Translations under genes and position numbers: made by a program
Assembly (NCBI GenBank): GCA_037442745.1
Contig: JBBIPP010000002.1
Span: 1-64,000 of the forward strand
Length of the DNA stretch: 64,000 nucleotides
Origin: an archaeon
Lineage (GTDB): Archaea; SpSt-1190; DYHY01
Reading direction: 5' to 3'
Shown: piece after piece, positions 8,802-19,362 of the stretch
Layout of the letters: each line of letters begins with the position of its first letter
Numbering within the stretch: the first letter of the stretch is position 1
Notes under the pieces: generated by a model
Seen by the model: the letters and a program-made list of their open reading frames with translations, nothing else
What the model was told of the DNA's origin: nothing
The model's database searches: none

Positions 8802-9839
8802 ATGGTCTGGGCGCTAGAGCTGATACTCGCAGCAGCGGTTTTATCAATTTCAATAGCATTTTTTTTGAGGAGGCCTTCCGCTGAAATGGCCGTCGCAATA
8901 ATCCTGATTGCTGTTTTCTTCCATGTCCGCGTTGTCTGGAACGATACCGGCGAATTCCAAAAGACGACTTTTGTCGGGAACCTTGCAGTGGAAATATCAG
9001 AAAAATTTTTCGGGCACTATCCACTTGATTCCCGGGACGCCCAAGCCAGATGGGAATCATCGTTCCCGGGAGAGGCGGTTTTTCGCGATGACGGCATCCA
9101 CATATATGTTGCTGACAACTGCCTCCGGGGGCCGTCAATATCGAGGGAGATTGGGTTTGAGCGGGGAATTTCAATAAGGGCGTGTTCGCTCGAATCCGGC
9201 GGGGATGGGACAAGCTTCCTCGTAAGGCATGCCGGCAAGTCCTCCGGCCCGATATTCCTTCCGAGCAATTCCTGCGAGACATTCGTTCTCCCGGCAAGCC
9301 CGGAGAAATCAAACATTTCAATAATCCCGCTTTTCGAAGGCAAGCCCCATGACGAGATTGTGATAAAGCACGTGCAAGACGCTTACGGAAAAGGAACGCC
9401 CGTTTTGTGGGATGGTCCTGATGAGAACAATCTCCTGGCTTTTCTCTCCTCGAGTTACTTGGGAGAATGCAAAAGCCCCTGCAGGAGGATTGCAGAAGGC
9501 GGTGAGATAATCCTAGACTACTGCAAATGCTCGGAACCTTCAGAGATATTGTTGGACCTCGGGAGCAAAGGAAAGTTCGTTAATATAAGGGCGTGCGCTG
9601 GAGAGGCTCTCAGCGGAAGCGCCTCATTTTTCTCCTTTTTTTCGGACGAAGAGGGCAGGACGGAAAACACTCTCCTCCCGCTTGACTGCAGAACCTTCTC
9701 CCAGCCAATTGGAAAGGGGGCTCTTGTCCTCTCAAAAGCGGTTCCCGGAGGCGCGCTCTGTTCGGATGAGACTGTCAGAATAAAAGCAATCTCGATTTCC
9801 GACGCGCCCGACAACCCACCGGAGGGATTTTTCGGGTGA
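8802..9839 (+). CDS. Membrane-anchored exported Cys-rich protein (two beta-sandwich-like repeats)
   Basis: Two N-terminal TM segments. Repeated IRAC...C.TF...DE.V.IK.I pattern. Paralog of 14245-15270. Confidence 0.6.
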   Translation: MVWALELILAAAVLSISIAFFLRRPSAEMAVAIILIAVFFHVRVVWNDTGEFQKTTFVGNLAVEISEKFFGHYPLDSRDAQARWESSFPGEAVFRDDGIHIYVADNCLRGPSISREIGFERGISIRACSLESGGDGTSFLVRHAGKSSGPIFLPSNSCETFVLPASPEKSNISIIPLFEGKPHDEIVIKHVQDAYGKGTPVLWDGPDENNLLAFLSSSYLGECKSPCRRIAEGGEIILDYCKCSEPSEILLDLGSKGKFVNIRACAGEALSGSASFFSFFSDEEGRTENTLLPLDCRTFSQPIGKGALVLSKAVPGGALCSDETVRIKAISISDAPDNPPEGFFG

Positions 9840-9846
9840 GAGCCTG

Positions 9847-12009
9847 ATGGCAACCAATATTCTGCTAATTTTCTCCCTAGGGCTAATTCTTCTCGATGCC
9901 CTATTCATCGGCCTCGCGCCACAGGCAATTGCAGTCGGGACATGCGTTTTCGCATTCCTCATCGCCGTTTCGAGGATTTTCCGGAGAACGAACATTTTCA
10001 AGGTAGCCTTCCTCCTCGCAATAATCGTTTTTTTCTCTGCCGAACTCCTCGGGGGGATTTTTTCTGAAGGCCCCCTCACGCACGGAGACTTTCCTTTCCA
10101 CGCCCATATTGCGTCAGAAGCATCCGCTATTGCAAGAACGTTCGGGACTCTTTCCGGATGGAGCGACATTTTCCAGGGAGGATACCGCCCAATCTACGAC
10201 CTCCCGCAGGGAGAGTATCTGGCATCAATAATTCTCGAGCACGCCTCCTTTGGCGCAATAGGCACCGACCTCGCGCAGAGAATCCTCGTGTTCCTCGCAG
10301 TTCCCTTTTCGGCAATCTCACTAGTTTTTCTCGCAAGAAGGCTCGGTCTCGGGGAATCCGAGGCGTTTCTCTCGGGGATTTTCTTTCTACTCTCATATCA
10401 CAACCTTTTCTACATCTCAAACAGCAAGTTCTACATATCGGCTGGCTTTCTTTTCCTTTTCCTCGGGAACTCGGCTCAAATGCTGGCCGGAAAGCCCTCC
10501 GTTCAAGCAATTGCAAGAAGCGCAACATTTCTCTCCTTGTGCATAATATTCCATAGCTATGTAGGGCTTGTCGCAACCTTCCTTGCAATTCTCATTTTCG
10601 CCCTCCAGTCCCTTGTTGGCGAGAAACCCGACCTGAAGGGGCTTGTGGCAATTCCATTGGGAATATTGCCCGGGACTTTTTACATTACCTCTTACTTTGG
10701 CGCCGGGGAGTATCTCGCCGAAACATATTCCGTGCTCAGGGAAACCTGGAGCTTCATATACAATTTTCCCTTGAACCTCTCCTCTTTTTTCTTCTTCGCA
10801 TCCCCCATTGTCGCAATACTCTTCCTCGCATCAGCTACGCGGCTCTTCCTAGGGGAAAACCGCCCGAATTTGGCTTTCCCTGAAATAGGCGCTCTTTCAA
10901 TTATTGCCTGTTCATTTTCCCTGAATTTCGCAAGGGAGGCTGTGGACATCGGAGGCCTCAAAATACTTGGTAACACAGACAAGGCGATTGCTCTTGCGTT
11001 CGCCCTTGCCTCAGTAGGGGCGTCAAAGGAGGTTTTCTCCGGAGGGAAAGGCGCCACCCCACTAAAGATTGCGACAATTGCCCTCCTTTCCGGCCTGTTA
11101 TTCTCTTATTTTGTTCTCTCGTTTTCAAGCCCAGAGTCGCCCCAGCATAGCGCGCAGATATCGAGGGCTTTCGGAGCGAACACATCGGACGAGAGGATAT
11201 TTAGGATATCTAGGGAAAACGGAATATTTTCCTCCGAGAAGAACCACGAAACCGTTGCCCTTGAAGAATTTCTCAGGACAAGAGCGAGGAACAGCTCGAG
11301 AATACTCCTGAACATAAACGGCGATTCCGACGGGCACGTATACGGAGGCTTTGCATATTCCAGGTTCCCGGAGAGAATCGATTCGGGATTTGTTGGCGGT
11401 CCGTCTTTCAGCATGGTTCTCCCCCTCGGAGAAAACTTCTCAACAGCCACTTATTCCGACAAATTATTCGGGCGAAAAGTGTCCGAACTTTCCCCTGAGG
11501 ATTTCGGAAGAATTCTCAAGGCCCTAAACATCCGCCTTGTTGTTGCCTGGAACCCCGCAGTCAAAGAATATGTCTCGTCAATTGACGGAATTTCAAAAAT
11601 CTTCGAAACCCCCTCGGGCCTCTTTTCAGTCTATGAATATTACGGATGCAGCGAGAGCTATCTCCTGAGGAAAACCGACCTTTCAACCGGAGGGGATGCA
11701 ACAGTCTTTTCGCGGGAGAGAAAAGTTTTCAGAATAGGCTCACCCGGAGAATATCTCCTCAGCCAGAGATATTCCGGAGAATGGCGGGCTTTGCTCAACG
11801 GGGAAGAAATGCCAATTAAAAAAGGAGAGCTCGGCCTGACAGAATTCCATGCGCCAGTTCCGGGAGAGGCGGTTTTCGAATATGTGCCCTCGGAGAAAAT
11901 GAAGCTTGCTGGAGTGGTTTCCGTAGCATCCTTCCTCTTTCTGTTGGCAGTTTCCATTTTCCCAGAAAAACTAAAAGCAAAAGACAATGGCAGGAAACCC
12001 GGATGCTAG
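9847..12009 (+). CDS. GT-C-like polytopic membrane protein with YfhO-like C-terminal region
   Basis: More than 10 TM segments. First-loop GDFPFH...GWSDIFQGGYRP. Large soluble domain. C-terminal YSGEWRALLNG followed by a final TM. Confidence 0.7.
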   Translation: MATNILLIFSLGLILLDALFIGLAPQAIAVGTCVFAFLIAVSRIFRRTNIFKVAFLLAIIVFFSAELLGGIFSEGPLTHGDFPFHAHIASEASAIARTFGTLSGWSDIFQGGYRPIYDLPQGEYLASIILEHASFGAIGTDLAQRILVFLAVPFSAISLVFLARRLGLGESEAFLSGIFFLLSYHNLFYISNSKFYISAGFLFLFLGNSAQMLAGKPSVQAIARSATFLSLCIIFHSYVGLVATFLAILIFALQSLVGEKPDLKGLVAIPLGILPGTFYITSYFGAGEYLAETYSVLRETWSFIYNFPLNLSSFFFFASPIVAILFLASATRLFLGENRPNLAFPEIGALSIIACSFSLNFAREAVDIGGLKILGNTDKAIALAFALASVGASKEVFSGGKGATPLKIATIALLSGLLFSYFVLSFSSPESPQHSAQISRAFGANTSDERIFRISRENGIFSSEKNHETVALEEFLRTRARNSSRILLNINGDSDGHVYGGFAYSRFPERIDSGFVGGPSFSMVLPLGENFSTATYSDKLFGRKVSELSPEDFGRILKALNIRLVVAWNPAVKEYVSSIDGISKIFETPSGLFSVYEYYGCSESYLLRKTDLSTGGDATVFSRERKVFRIGSPGEYLLSQRYSGEWRALLNGEEMPIKKGELGLTEFHAPVPGEAVFEYVPSEKMKLAGVVSVASFLFLLAVSIFPEKLKAKDNGRKPGC

Positions 12010-13844
12010 TCCAGATAGCGAACGCGGCAATTGCGCTAATCTCCCTCCCAATTTTCCTGCGCGGATGGGGAAGGGGCCTCTCCCTTGAGGAGCGCGCGGT
12101 AATTTTCCCGGGAGCGTTCGCAGTTTCAACAACCATCGTCTCCTCAACCTTCTCGATTTTCGGCGCTCCCTTCAGCATTTCGTTCCTCCTGGCAATGTTA
12201 GCGTTCCTCCTGGCAATGCTTGCGGGAATTTTCGCAAGGCTTCCACAAAAGCGACAGAAAAGCGCGCCCAGCCAATTGCAACCGGCAGTAATATTTTCCC
12301 TTTCCCTCCTCGCTTTCCTGATACTGTTCGCCAAGTTCAACTTTGCCCCAATAGGGACCGATTCAACAAGGTTCGCATATTTTGCGGAGATTTTCGGACA
12401 GGAGGACGCTTTCCTAACAGACCTCTCACCGTATGAAGATGTCCGTTCCTTTTTCTATTTTCCCCTTCCAATTGTTTTTCCTGCATATCTCAGGCACCTT
12501 GGAATTCCGCCTCTTGACGGAATATCCCTAGCGTCAATTCTTCTCGGAGCCCTCTCGTCAGTCGCCTTCCTAATGTTCGCAAGGGAAATTTTTCCGAAAG
12601 ACCGAAAAGCGCCCTTCCTCTCGGCAGCGGCATATGTCCTGTTCTTTAACATACCACTGACATATTTCGCCGGAAGGGGCGTTCTCGCATATTCAATATC
12701 GTGGTTTTTCTTCCTTCTCGGCGCAGTCCCCATCGCAAGGCTCTCCCGTGGGAATGCCGGCAACTGGGCTGGCCTTGATTTTCCCGACATTCTGTTTCTC
12801 CTTGTGGGAATTTCCGGAATGCTCCTTTCCCACTGGTATCTGCTCGCAGGATTTTCAATCCTTTCTCTCTCATTTCTTGCTTTCCATGGGAGGAGGGGTT
12901 CCTGGAAACCCGTTGCTCTGGCATATTCAGTTTCCCTAGCAATCGTAGCTCCCTTCTTCTCAGCCCTTTTCCTCTCGTCGGGAAATCCTGTGCCGGTTGA
13001 AAGGGTCTCTGAATGGAAATACGGTGAGTATTATTTCGAGCAAGCCGGAATTCCGGAAAGGATTGCCAGAGGTCTTGTGTCTGACCCGGAAATAGGCGCA
13101 ATTTCCGGGGGGCATTCCGCAGCATATGTCCTTGCATTGGCCCTTGCCCTTGCATATTCCCTCTCCGGAAGGTTTCCCAAGGGGCTGGCTTTCTTCCTAA
13201 TAATAGCAATATTCCTTTCAATTCTCCTGTCAAATTCAATTACCCACAGGCGGACAGTCGATTATCTTCGCCTTACATACCCCTTGGGAATAGGCCTTGC
13301 GTTCTCGGCAATACTCGGGAGAAAAGGGCAAATTCCCAAGGCAGTCGCTATTGTGGCTGTCGCAATTCTTTCAATTTCAACGTTTTCAACTCCCTGGATT
13401 CTTGCGAAAATCCCGGAAATTGACATGACGAACTTTGACCCGGTGGCTCCCGGGGAGAAGGAGGCTTTCTCTTTCATAAGGGAGAAGACTCCCAAGAGCG
13501 CAGTTTTCCTGATAGACGGACCCGGGATTGGCTGCGTCGGAGGGCAGGCAGGCTCCCACGGGGAGAGGATATTTCCGGAGACCGGGCGGAGGGTGTTTCT
13601 CTTCACGAACTATTGCTGGGCGAACTATGACAAAGGGGAATTTTTCCGCAAAATAGACATCTACCGGAGGATATCAATAAATCCGGACGACCCGTCGGCC
13701 CTCTCGGAACTCATTTCCTCAGGAGCGACCCACTTGTATCTCGGGCCATCGTCGCTCGGGCTTGATAGAAGCCTCTTGTCAGAGTCAGCCAATTACAAAA
13801 AAATATTTTCCTCTGGAGGTGCGGAAATATTTGAAATACTATGA
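12003..13844 (+). CDS. GT-C-like polytopic membrane protein
   Basis: More than 10 TM segments. Loop GTDSTRFAY...FYFP. Soluble domain EKEAFSFIREKTPKSAVFL...GATHLYLG. Confidence 0.7.
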   Translation: MLVQIANAAIALISLPIFLRGWGRGLSLEERAVIFPGAFAVSTTIVSSTFSIFGAPFSISFLLAMLAFLLAMLAGIFARLPQKRQKSAPSQLQPAVIFSLSLLAFLILFAKFNFAPIGTDSTRFAYFAEIFGQEDAFLTDLSPYEDVRSFFYFPLPIVFPAYLRHLGIPPLDGISLASILLGALSSVAFLMFAREIFPKDRKAPFLSAAAYVLFFNIPLTYFAGRGVLAYSISWFFFLLGAVPIARLSRGNAGNWAGLDFPDILFLLVGISGMLLSHWYLLAGFSILSLSFLAFHGRRGSWKPVALAYSVSLAIVAPFFSALFLSSGNPVPVERVSEWKYGEYYFEQAGIPERIARGLVSDPEIGAISGGHSAAYVLALALALAYSLSGRFPKGLAFFLIIAIFLSILLSNSITHRRTVDYLRLTYPLGIGLAFSAILGRKGQIPKAVAIVAVAILSISTFSTPWILAKIPEIDMTNFDPVAPGEKEAFSFIREKTPKSAVFLIDGPGIGCVGGQAGSHGERIFPETGRRVFLFTNYCWANYDKGEFFRKIDIYRRISINPDDPSALSELISSGATHLYLGPSSLGLDRSLLSESANYKKIFSSGGAEIFEIL

Positions 13845-14208
13845 TTGCCAGGAAAGGCGCGCGCGGATATTTTTCGCAATTTCCGCCCTAGTTTTGGCTC
13901 TGGCCTTTGCCCTTTTTTCCTACAAGCCATCCGGAATATTCTCAGAGGTCAACTGCGATAGGATTGATGTCTCAGGCCTCCACTGCAGGTTCTCGTGCGA
14001 AATACTCCCGAAAAGCCCGGGCCAGATTGCGCGGATAACTGTAATACATTCCTCATGGTCGGCAATATTCTCCAAGGAAGCTAGCCTTCCCGCCAGTATT
14101 GAAATCGACCTTCCTCGGAGGGGATACAACTATACCTTGTTTGTCAGCGCATTCGATTCAAAAGGCAGGGTCGGCTATGGAAAGCCAATTAATTTCCTAG
14201 AGTGCTAA
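13762..14208 (+). CDS. Small single-TM exported protein (Ig/FN3-like)
   Basis: One hydrophobic segment followed by a beta-rich domain (YNYTLFVSAFDSKG). The true start is probably GTG 13819 or TTG 13831. Confidence 0.55.
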   Translation: MIEASCQSQPITKKYFPLEVRKYLKYYDCQERRARIFFAISALVLALAFALFSYKPSGIFSEVNCDRIDVSGLHCRFSCEILPKSPGQIARITVIHSSWSAIFSKEASLPASIEIDLPRRGYNYTLFVSAFDSKGRVGYGKPINFLEC

Positions 14209-14244
14209 ATATTTAATCCTGGATGGCACGAGCCCCAGCAAGGA

Positions 14245-15270
14245 ATGGCAGAAGAACTAGCAATTGTCGCGCCAATACTCTTCGCCCTTCCCCTAGCCCT
14301 TCTCTTTCCAAAGGGCTCCAGGACAGGCGCCATTTTTTCAATAATAATCCTAGTTGCCGGAATGTCGGATTTTTCCCAATATAACAGAATTTATTCGGCC
14401 GGAAAAATTGCCCTCTCGGGAGAAGTCAACCTGGAAAACAGATTCGAATCAACATACTGGGATTCGACCGGTTCCGGGGAAATCAAAGGGGACGGAATTT
14501 TCCTTTTTCCCGAGAACTGCTCAGAACCCGGCCTTGCATGGGGGCTTGTCCCGGGAGCGGGAAAAGGCGGGGTTGCCGAAATATATGCCTGTTCAGGAGA
14601 GTCAGGAGGGGACGGGGTCGGGATTGCTGTTGTGACGGGAGGGGAGGTTTTCAGAAAAACATTTCCGTCCTCCTCCTGCGAGACTTTTTCATTTAGCCTG
14701 CCCCGGGAGACCCGGGGCTTTTTACGAAAAATACACATCTTTGTGGAAAAAGTCGGGGACTGCAGGGACGAGCATATTCTGGTGAAGAAAATTTCAATTA
14801 GGAAGGGCTCCGGAGGGAGCGGTCCCGAAGGGAGCCGGATACTATTCAGCATCACGCCCGGACCCGAGAAATGGATGTTTCATCCGAAAGACGGGGAGCT
14901 TTCGCCATATCTCTCAGACGGCACGCTCTTTTTGAACACCGGAAAAAACTGCGACGGAAGCTCAGAAATATTCTCGGAAATTTTCCTTCCACATCCAGCA
15001 AAAGAGGTCGAGCTCGGGATATGCCGTTCGGCTCCCGATAGCGACCCGTTCCCCGATCTCTATCTGTCAATCGACTCTGGTGCGAGGATTCCGCTGTTTG
15101 CGGGCGAGGGCTGTATTACAAGGACAATCAAAGCAGACCTTTCGAGAGGATTGCACGAATTCAAGATTTCCTCAAGGGAAACGAACGGGACCTGCTATTA
15201 CCGGGAGACTGGCCTGAATTCCTTCGGAATACTTGTGCCGAAGAACGGAGGCGAAACTCGTGCGACCTGA
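14245..15270 (+). CDS. Membrane-anchored exported Cys-rich protein, paralog of 8802-9839
   Basis: IYACSGESGGDG...FPSSSCETF here versus IRACSLESGGDG...LPSNSCETF in the paralog. Confidence 0.6.
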   Translation: MAEELAIVAPILFALPLALLFPKGSRTGAIFSIIILVAGMSDFSQYNRIYSAGKIALSGEVNLENRFESTYWDSTGSGEIKGDGIFLFPENCSEPGLAWGLVPGAGKGGVAEIYACSGESGGDGVGIAVVTGGEVFRKTFPSSSCETFSFSLPRETRGFLRKIHIFVEKVGDCRDEHILVKKISIRKGSGGSGPEGSRILFSITPGPEKWMFHPKDGELSPYLSDGTLFLNTGKNCDGSSEIFSEIFLPHPAKEVELGICRSAPDSDPFPDLYLSIDSGARIPLFAGEGCITRTIKADLSRGLHEFKISSRETNGTCYYRETGLNSFGILVPKNGGETRAT

Positions 15271-17398
15271 GAGATTGCTCGGCCCGGCCCTAATTTCAGC
15301 TTTTTTCATACCGGCTTTCCTTTCATCAAGAGTTTCCGAAGGGACAACTCCGATAGTTGCAGGGCTCGCGCTTCTGGCCTCCTTTGCATATTCCTTTTCA
15401 GGGAACCAGAACAAATGGATCTTCAGGGCGCTTGTTCTCACAATCTGCCTAACAATAACCAAGAGAGCTGGGCTCCTGACGGTGGGCGAACTTGCTTTCG
15501 CCGATACACCGTATCACTTCTACCTCTCGCAGGAGATTTGGGATTCTCTTGGGCGCTGGGAAGGTATACAGGGATTCACAGACGCATTCCATTTCGGATA
15601 TCCCCCCTTTTTCGATATTCCCCCCCTTTTCTATTTCCTGGCAGGGATCCCGAGCCGTATACTGCCAGCAATATCCCCGGAGGCGTCCTTCAGGGCAGTC
15701 GCCTCCATAACATTCTTCCTAGCAGCGCTCGGTGTTTTCGAATTCTCAAGGAAAGCAATTTTCCTGAACGAAAAGGACGCGTTCGTCGCATCCCTTCTCT
15801 TCATTGCGTCAATCCACCACATTTTCGAGAACGGGGTGTTCCACGCTTATCTGTCCCTCGGGCTTTTCCTAATCGCAGGCGCCATTCTTTTCAGGGATGG
15901 CGTGGCAGAATTCTCCCCATCCGCTTCCGCAGTGTTCGCCCTGTCTCTCCTTAGCCACCCGACAATATTCCTCTCGGGGTCGGTTTTTCTAATCCCGCTC
16001 GCGTTCAAGAGCGCCCTGAATTCCGCATTTGAAAATCCGAAAAAGCTCGCCCTCTTCGCCCTTGCATTTTTCCTGATAGCGTTTCCCTACCTTCTTGAAG
16101 TTGCGAGCGGGATGGAATATTCCGCGAGTTCGTGGGCCGGGATTGAACAGTTTTTCCCAGAGCTAATATCCCCAGAGGAAATTTCCCTCAGGCTTTCCCC
16201 CCACCCCCATCTCATCGCAATTTCTCTTGCGGGCGCAATTCTTCTCCTAATACCAAACCGGCTTTCCGGGGAAGGTGGCTCCCGGCTCACTAAAGCAACT
16301 CTCGGATTCGTTCTCGTAATACTATTGTTTGCGCTCGGTCGCCTTCTCAGACTTGCCGGGGCTGAGACTCTTGGGAATTTCCTAGTTCCTGAAAGGGTGC
16401 TGTTTGTGGCATTCTCGGCCCTCTCAGTAGTCTCGGCAGGTCTTCTTTCCAAAATCGCATCAGGGACCGGAACTGCTGGCAAAGTAGTTGCTTTCCTTCC
16501 TGCAGGGATAGGGATTGCATTCTATCTCTCCTATCTTCTGTCCGCCTGGCACTGCCCCGACTGCTCGGGCAGTTTTGACAGCGTCAACCGGCCCCTGTTC
16601 GAGGAAAAGATCGATGGCCTTTTTGGAAAGTGGTATTCCGGGAACTCCCCGAAAGACGGGATATTCTCATCAGAAAAGCCAGCCCCCGTCAGGGAAGTAG
16701 AGCTCTTCCTTCTCGAGCGCGCTTCCTGCATGTCTCGGACCGTAATAGAAGAGTCCTCAAAAGCCCCCCTTGGCCGGTGGATTGCCCCGGGCCTAAGGAC
16801 TGCTACCGGCGCAATTTTCGCAGGAGGCCCCCCAATATACTTGGGGAAAACCGATTCCAACATAATTGACGGGAAGTTCCTCGGAAAGCCCGTCTCCGAG
16901 TACGACCATTCAGAGTTCCTGCAGGCAAACGAGCTTGCCAATTCAGAGTACTTTATTGTCCAAACAAAGGAATTCAAGGAATATCTCCAGAGCCTCCCGA
17001 AAGAGTTCGAGCTGGAGCTTGAGACATCAGACTGGAACAATGCCAGTTTCTCAATTTTCAGGAGAATCCGGGCGGAGAGAACATATGCAATCCCCGGCGA
17101 GAATGCTAGCACAATTTCCTGCGGGAACGGGAACTACGAGTTCTCGGCAATAGGCGACTTTACAGCCCTCCTCAGGAATTCCCCGGGCCTTGTTGCAATC
17201 ACCCCCGAAGGCGATTTCCTAAAAATATCTGATGGGCCGATATGGACTGCTAGAATAGATGTCCCTGATGGATATTCCGGAAGAGTGTCCGTCTATTACA
17301 AAGGGGGGCTTGCCCAGAGAGTGGCGCCGATTGTTTTCCTCGCCGGGCTTGCTCTCTCCGCTCTTCTCTGGCGGATTTCCCGGAAGGTGTCCGGATGA
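15260..17398 (+). CDS. GT-C-like polytopic membrane protein, paralog of 9847-12009
   Basis: ADTPYH...GFTDAFHFGYPP, GIFSSEK, FAGGP, KFLGKPVSEY. GTG start at 15260 is assumed. Confidence 0.7.
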   Translation: MRPERLLGPALISAFFIPAFLSSRVSEGTTPIVAGLALLASFAYSFSGNQNKWIFRALVLTICLTITKRAGLLTVGELAFADTPYHFYLSQEIWDSLGRWEGIQGFTDAFHFGYPPFFDIPPLFYFLAGIPSRILPAISPEASFRAVASITFFLAALGVFEFSRKAIFLNEKDAFVASLLFIASIHHIFENGVFHAYLSLGLFLIAGAILFRDGVAEFSPSASAVFALSLLSHPTIFLSGSVFLIPLAFKSALNSAFENPKKLALFALAFFLIAFPYLLEVASGMEYSASSWAGIEQFFPELISPEEISLRLSPHPHLIAISLAGAILLLIPNRLSGEGGSRLTKATLGFVLVILLFALGRLLRLAGAETLGNFLVPERVLFVAFSALSVVSAGLLSKIASGTGTAGKVVAFLPAGIGIAFYLSYLLSAWHCPDCSGSFDSVNRPLFEEKIDGLFGKWYSGNSPKDGIFSSEKPAPVREVELFLLERASCMSRTVIEESSKAPLGRWIAPGLRTATGAIFAGGPPIYLGKTDSNIIDGKFLGKPVSEYDHSEFLQANELANSEYFIVQTKEFKEYLQSLPKEFELELETSDWNNASFSIFRRIRAERTYAIPGENASTISCGNGNYEFSAIGDFTALLRNSPGLVAITPEGDFLKISDGPIWTARIDVPDGYSGRVSVYYKGGLAQRVAPIVFLAGLALSALLWRISRKVSG

Positions 17399-19362
17399 TA
17401 AAGCTGTCCGGGATTTTTCTTGCAGTGTGCGCATTGGCCATTTCGAGAATTGTTTTCTCATTGTTCCAGACATCCGCCCACTTTGTTGAAATTCTACTTC
17501 CGGGAGCCCTGATTATAGCAGGGATTTTTTTTCTCGGAAAACAGCGGATAAATGAAAGGGAGCTTCCCGGAAAATTGTCCGCTCTTGCGCTCTCGGCCAC
17601 CTTCCTTCTCTCCTTGGGAATACTCTCGGGCGGGCCAATAATAATTACTGACTATCCAATAAACCTCCACAGGATCGCGAAATTCTCCGGAGTTTTCTAC
17701 TATGACCCGAGCTTTGGAGCGGGGATTGTGGATTCCTTCGTACAGCCCCCGGGAGCCTTCTCAATCGGAGCCACGCTCGCTGGCGCGTCTGGTCTCGGAG
17801 GCCCGGCAGTTGTTCGCGTTCTTGCGGGACTCTCTTTCCTTCTGTCCTCCCTTGCAGTCGGCTTTTTTTCCTCAAAGGGTCTTGGAATGGGAGAAAGGTT
17901 CTCCTCCCTCTCAATTATTGCATGGGTCGCATTCCCCCATGACGAATTCGTCCACGGGATGTATTCGAGCTATCTTGCCCTTGCAATTGCCCTTGCCTCT
18001 TCCGGAATACTTCTCGACTGCTTGAGAAAAGATTGTCGAATACCTGCAGTTGTGCCTGCCCTCTATTCAGCATCAATTCTCTGCCACATACTCTCGGGCC
18101 TTGCAATAACCCTCCCCATTCTCGCGCTCGCCTTTCTACTTTATGGAAAGAAAATCGGCCTGATTAACCTGTCTCTTTCGGCGCTATTTTCATTTTTTCC
18201 ATCCCTTTTCTGGCTTGCGCCAGCCCTGGCTTCTAGCAGTTCATACAATTTCACGAAAATTCCCGAACTCTATCCCTTCCTTTCGAGCCCTGTCGAGATA
18301 TTTTTCAGGAGATTTTTCTTTAGGACCCCGGAATCTTTCATACTGCCCCTTTTGTTGGTTCCTTTTCTTTTTTCCCCGAAACTTTGGAAAAAGGCTGTAG
18401 CGCCCCTAATCCTCCTTTCAGCCTCCGTCTCACTCGCGCTCCTCTCGTTCGTCCCGGGTGAGATTTTTCCGGAAATATTCGCCCAGTTAATGCCAGATCG
18501 TTTCGCAATGGCTGCAAGGGCTTTTGCAGTATGCATAGCCTCCTATTCGTTATTCATTTTCAGGAAACGGAAAGGATCCGGGCTTTTGCTTGTCGCCTTT
18601 TTGGCGCCTGTCGCATTTTACTCAATTGCCTCACCAACAGCATTCCTCGGAAACAGCTGGGCGTTCTCCCTACTGCACGGGGGAGGGTCCTTTCAGGACT
18701 GGTTCGGAATCGTGATTGATGGGCCACTTTTTTCCCAGAAAATTCCGGAGGAACTTTTGGAAGCCTCCTTCTGGGCCGGGGGGAACCTCGAGTCCCGCAT
18801 TCTTTTCGACGACGAGAGTTCACCCTCTTTCGGCGGACATCCCGCCCCCCTTTTCCAAAGGCACTCAGGACTGGAACTTATAGGCGGGCCTATACCGACT
18901 GCAACCTATTGGGGCGCCGACACCCAGGTTTTCGACGGGAACTTCCTCGGGAAGGGGATTTACGAATATTCGCGGGAAGAATTCTTGGATGCCTCTGAAA
19001 AACTGGGGATATCTTCGGCTCTTTCAAAAACAGACATTTCAGAATCCGCCCTTGCAGGGATGGGCTTTTCAGAGGTTGCAAGATTCGGGAGAATTGCGAT
19101 GTTTTCCCTCGGGCTGGAGGGCCCTCTTCCGGGGCCCCTGAAGGAATTCCCCTTCTTCTGGCCGGGCCAGGAGGGCGAACCTGCAACGAAAATGTTCTTC
19201 CCGAAAGACGGGGATGCGGTCGTTCCGGAATATTCTCCGCCATTTCGACTGAAAGCTCTTGAAATCCTCTCCCTCCTCTCATTTTTCATTCTCCTGGTTT
19301 TCGGCGCAAACCAAAACCGGGCAAAGCATAATAATCCGTTTTCCCGGTGGATTGCGAAATGA
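17395..19362 (+). CDS. GT-C-like polytopic membrane protein, third paralog
   Basis: TDYPIN...YDPSFGAG, LIGGP, NFLGKGIYEYSREEF. More than 10 TM segments. Confidence 0.7.
   Translation: MIKLSGIFLAVCALAISRIVFSLFQTSAHFVEILLPGALIIAGIFFLGKQRINERELPGKLSALALSATFLLSLGILSGGPIIITDYPINLHRIAKFSGVFYYDPSFGAGIVDSFVQPPGAFSIGATLAGASGLGGPAVVRVLAGLSFLLSSLAVGFFSSKGLGMGERFSSLSIIAWVAFPHDEFVHGMYSSYLALAIALASSGILLDCLRKDCRIPAVVPALYSASILCHILSGLAITLPILALAFLLYGKKIGLINLSLSALFSFFPSLFWLAPALASSSSYNFTKIPELYPFLSSPVEIFFRRFFFRTPESFILPLLLVPFLFSPKLWKKAVAPLILLSASVSLALLSFVPGEIFPEIFAQLMPDRFAMAARAFAVCIASYSLFIFRKRKGSGLLLVAFLAPVAFYSIASPTAFLGNSWAFSLLHGGGSFQDWFGIVIDGPLFSQKIPEELLEASFWAGGNLESRILFDDESSPSFGGHPAPLFQRHSGLELIGGPIPTATYWGADTQVFDGNFLGKGIYEYSREEFLDASEKLGISSALSKTDISESALAGMGFSEVARFGRIAMFSLGLEGPLPGPLKEFPFFWPGQEGEPATKMFFPKDGDAVVPEYSPPFRLKALEILSLLSFFILLVFGANQNRAKHNNPFSRWIAK

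Noticed and set aside
12181-12218. 17-bp direct repeat at 21-nt period (FLLAMLA x2)
   Set aside because: It is a small in-frame duplication within a TM helix with no sign of further function.
15602-15626. C6 and C7 tracts in a GT-C-like gene as phase-variation sites
   Set aside because: The tracts are short and encode Pro-Pro in a conserved loop, and similar G runs occur in housekeeping elp3.
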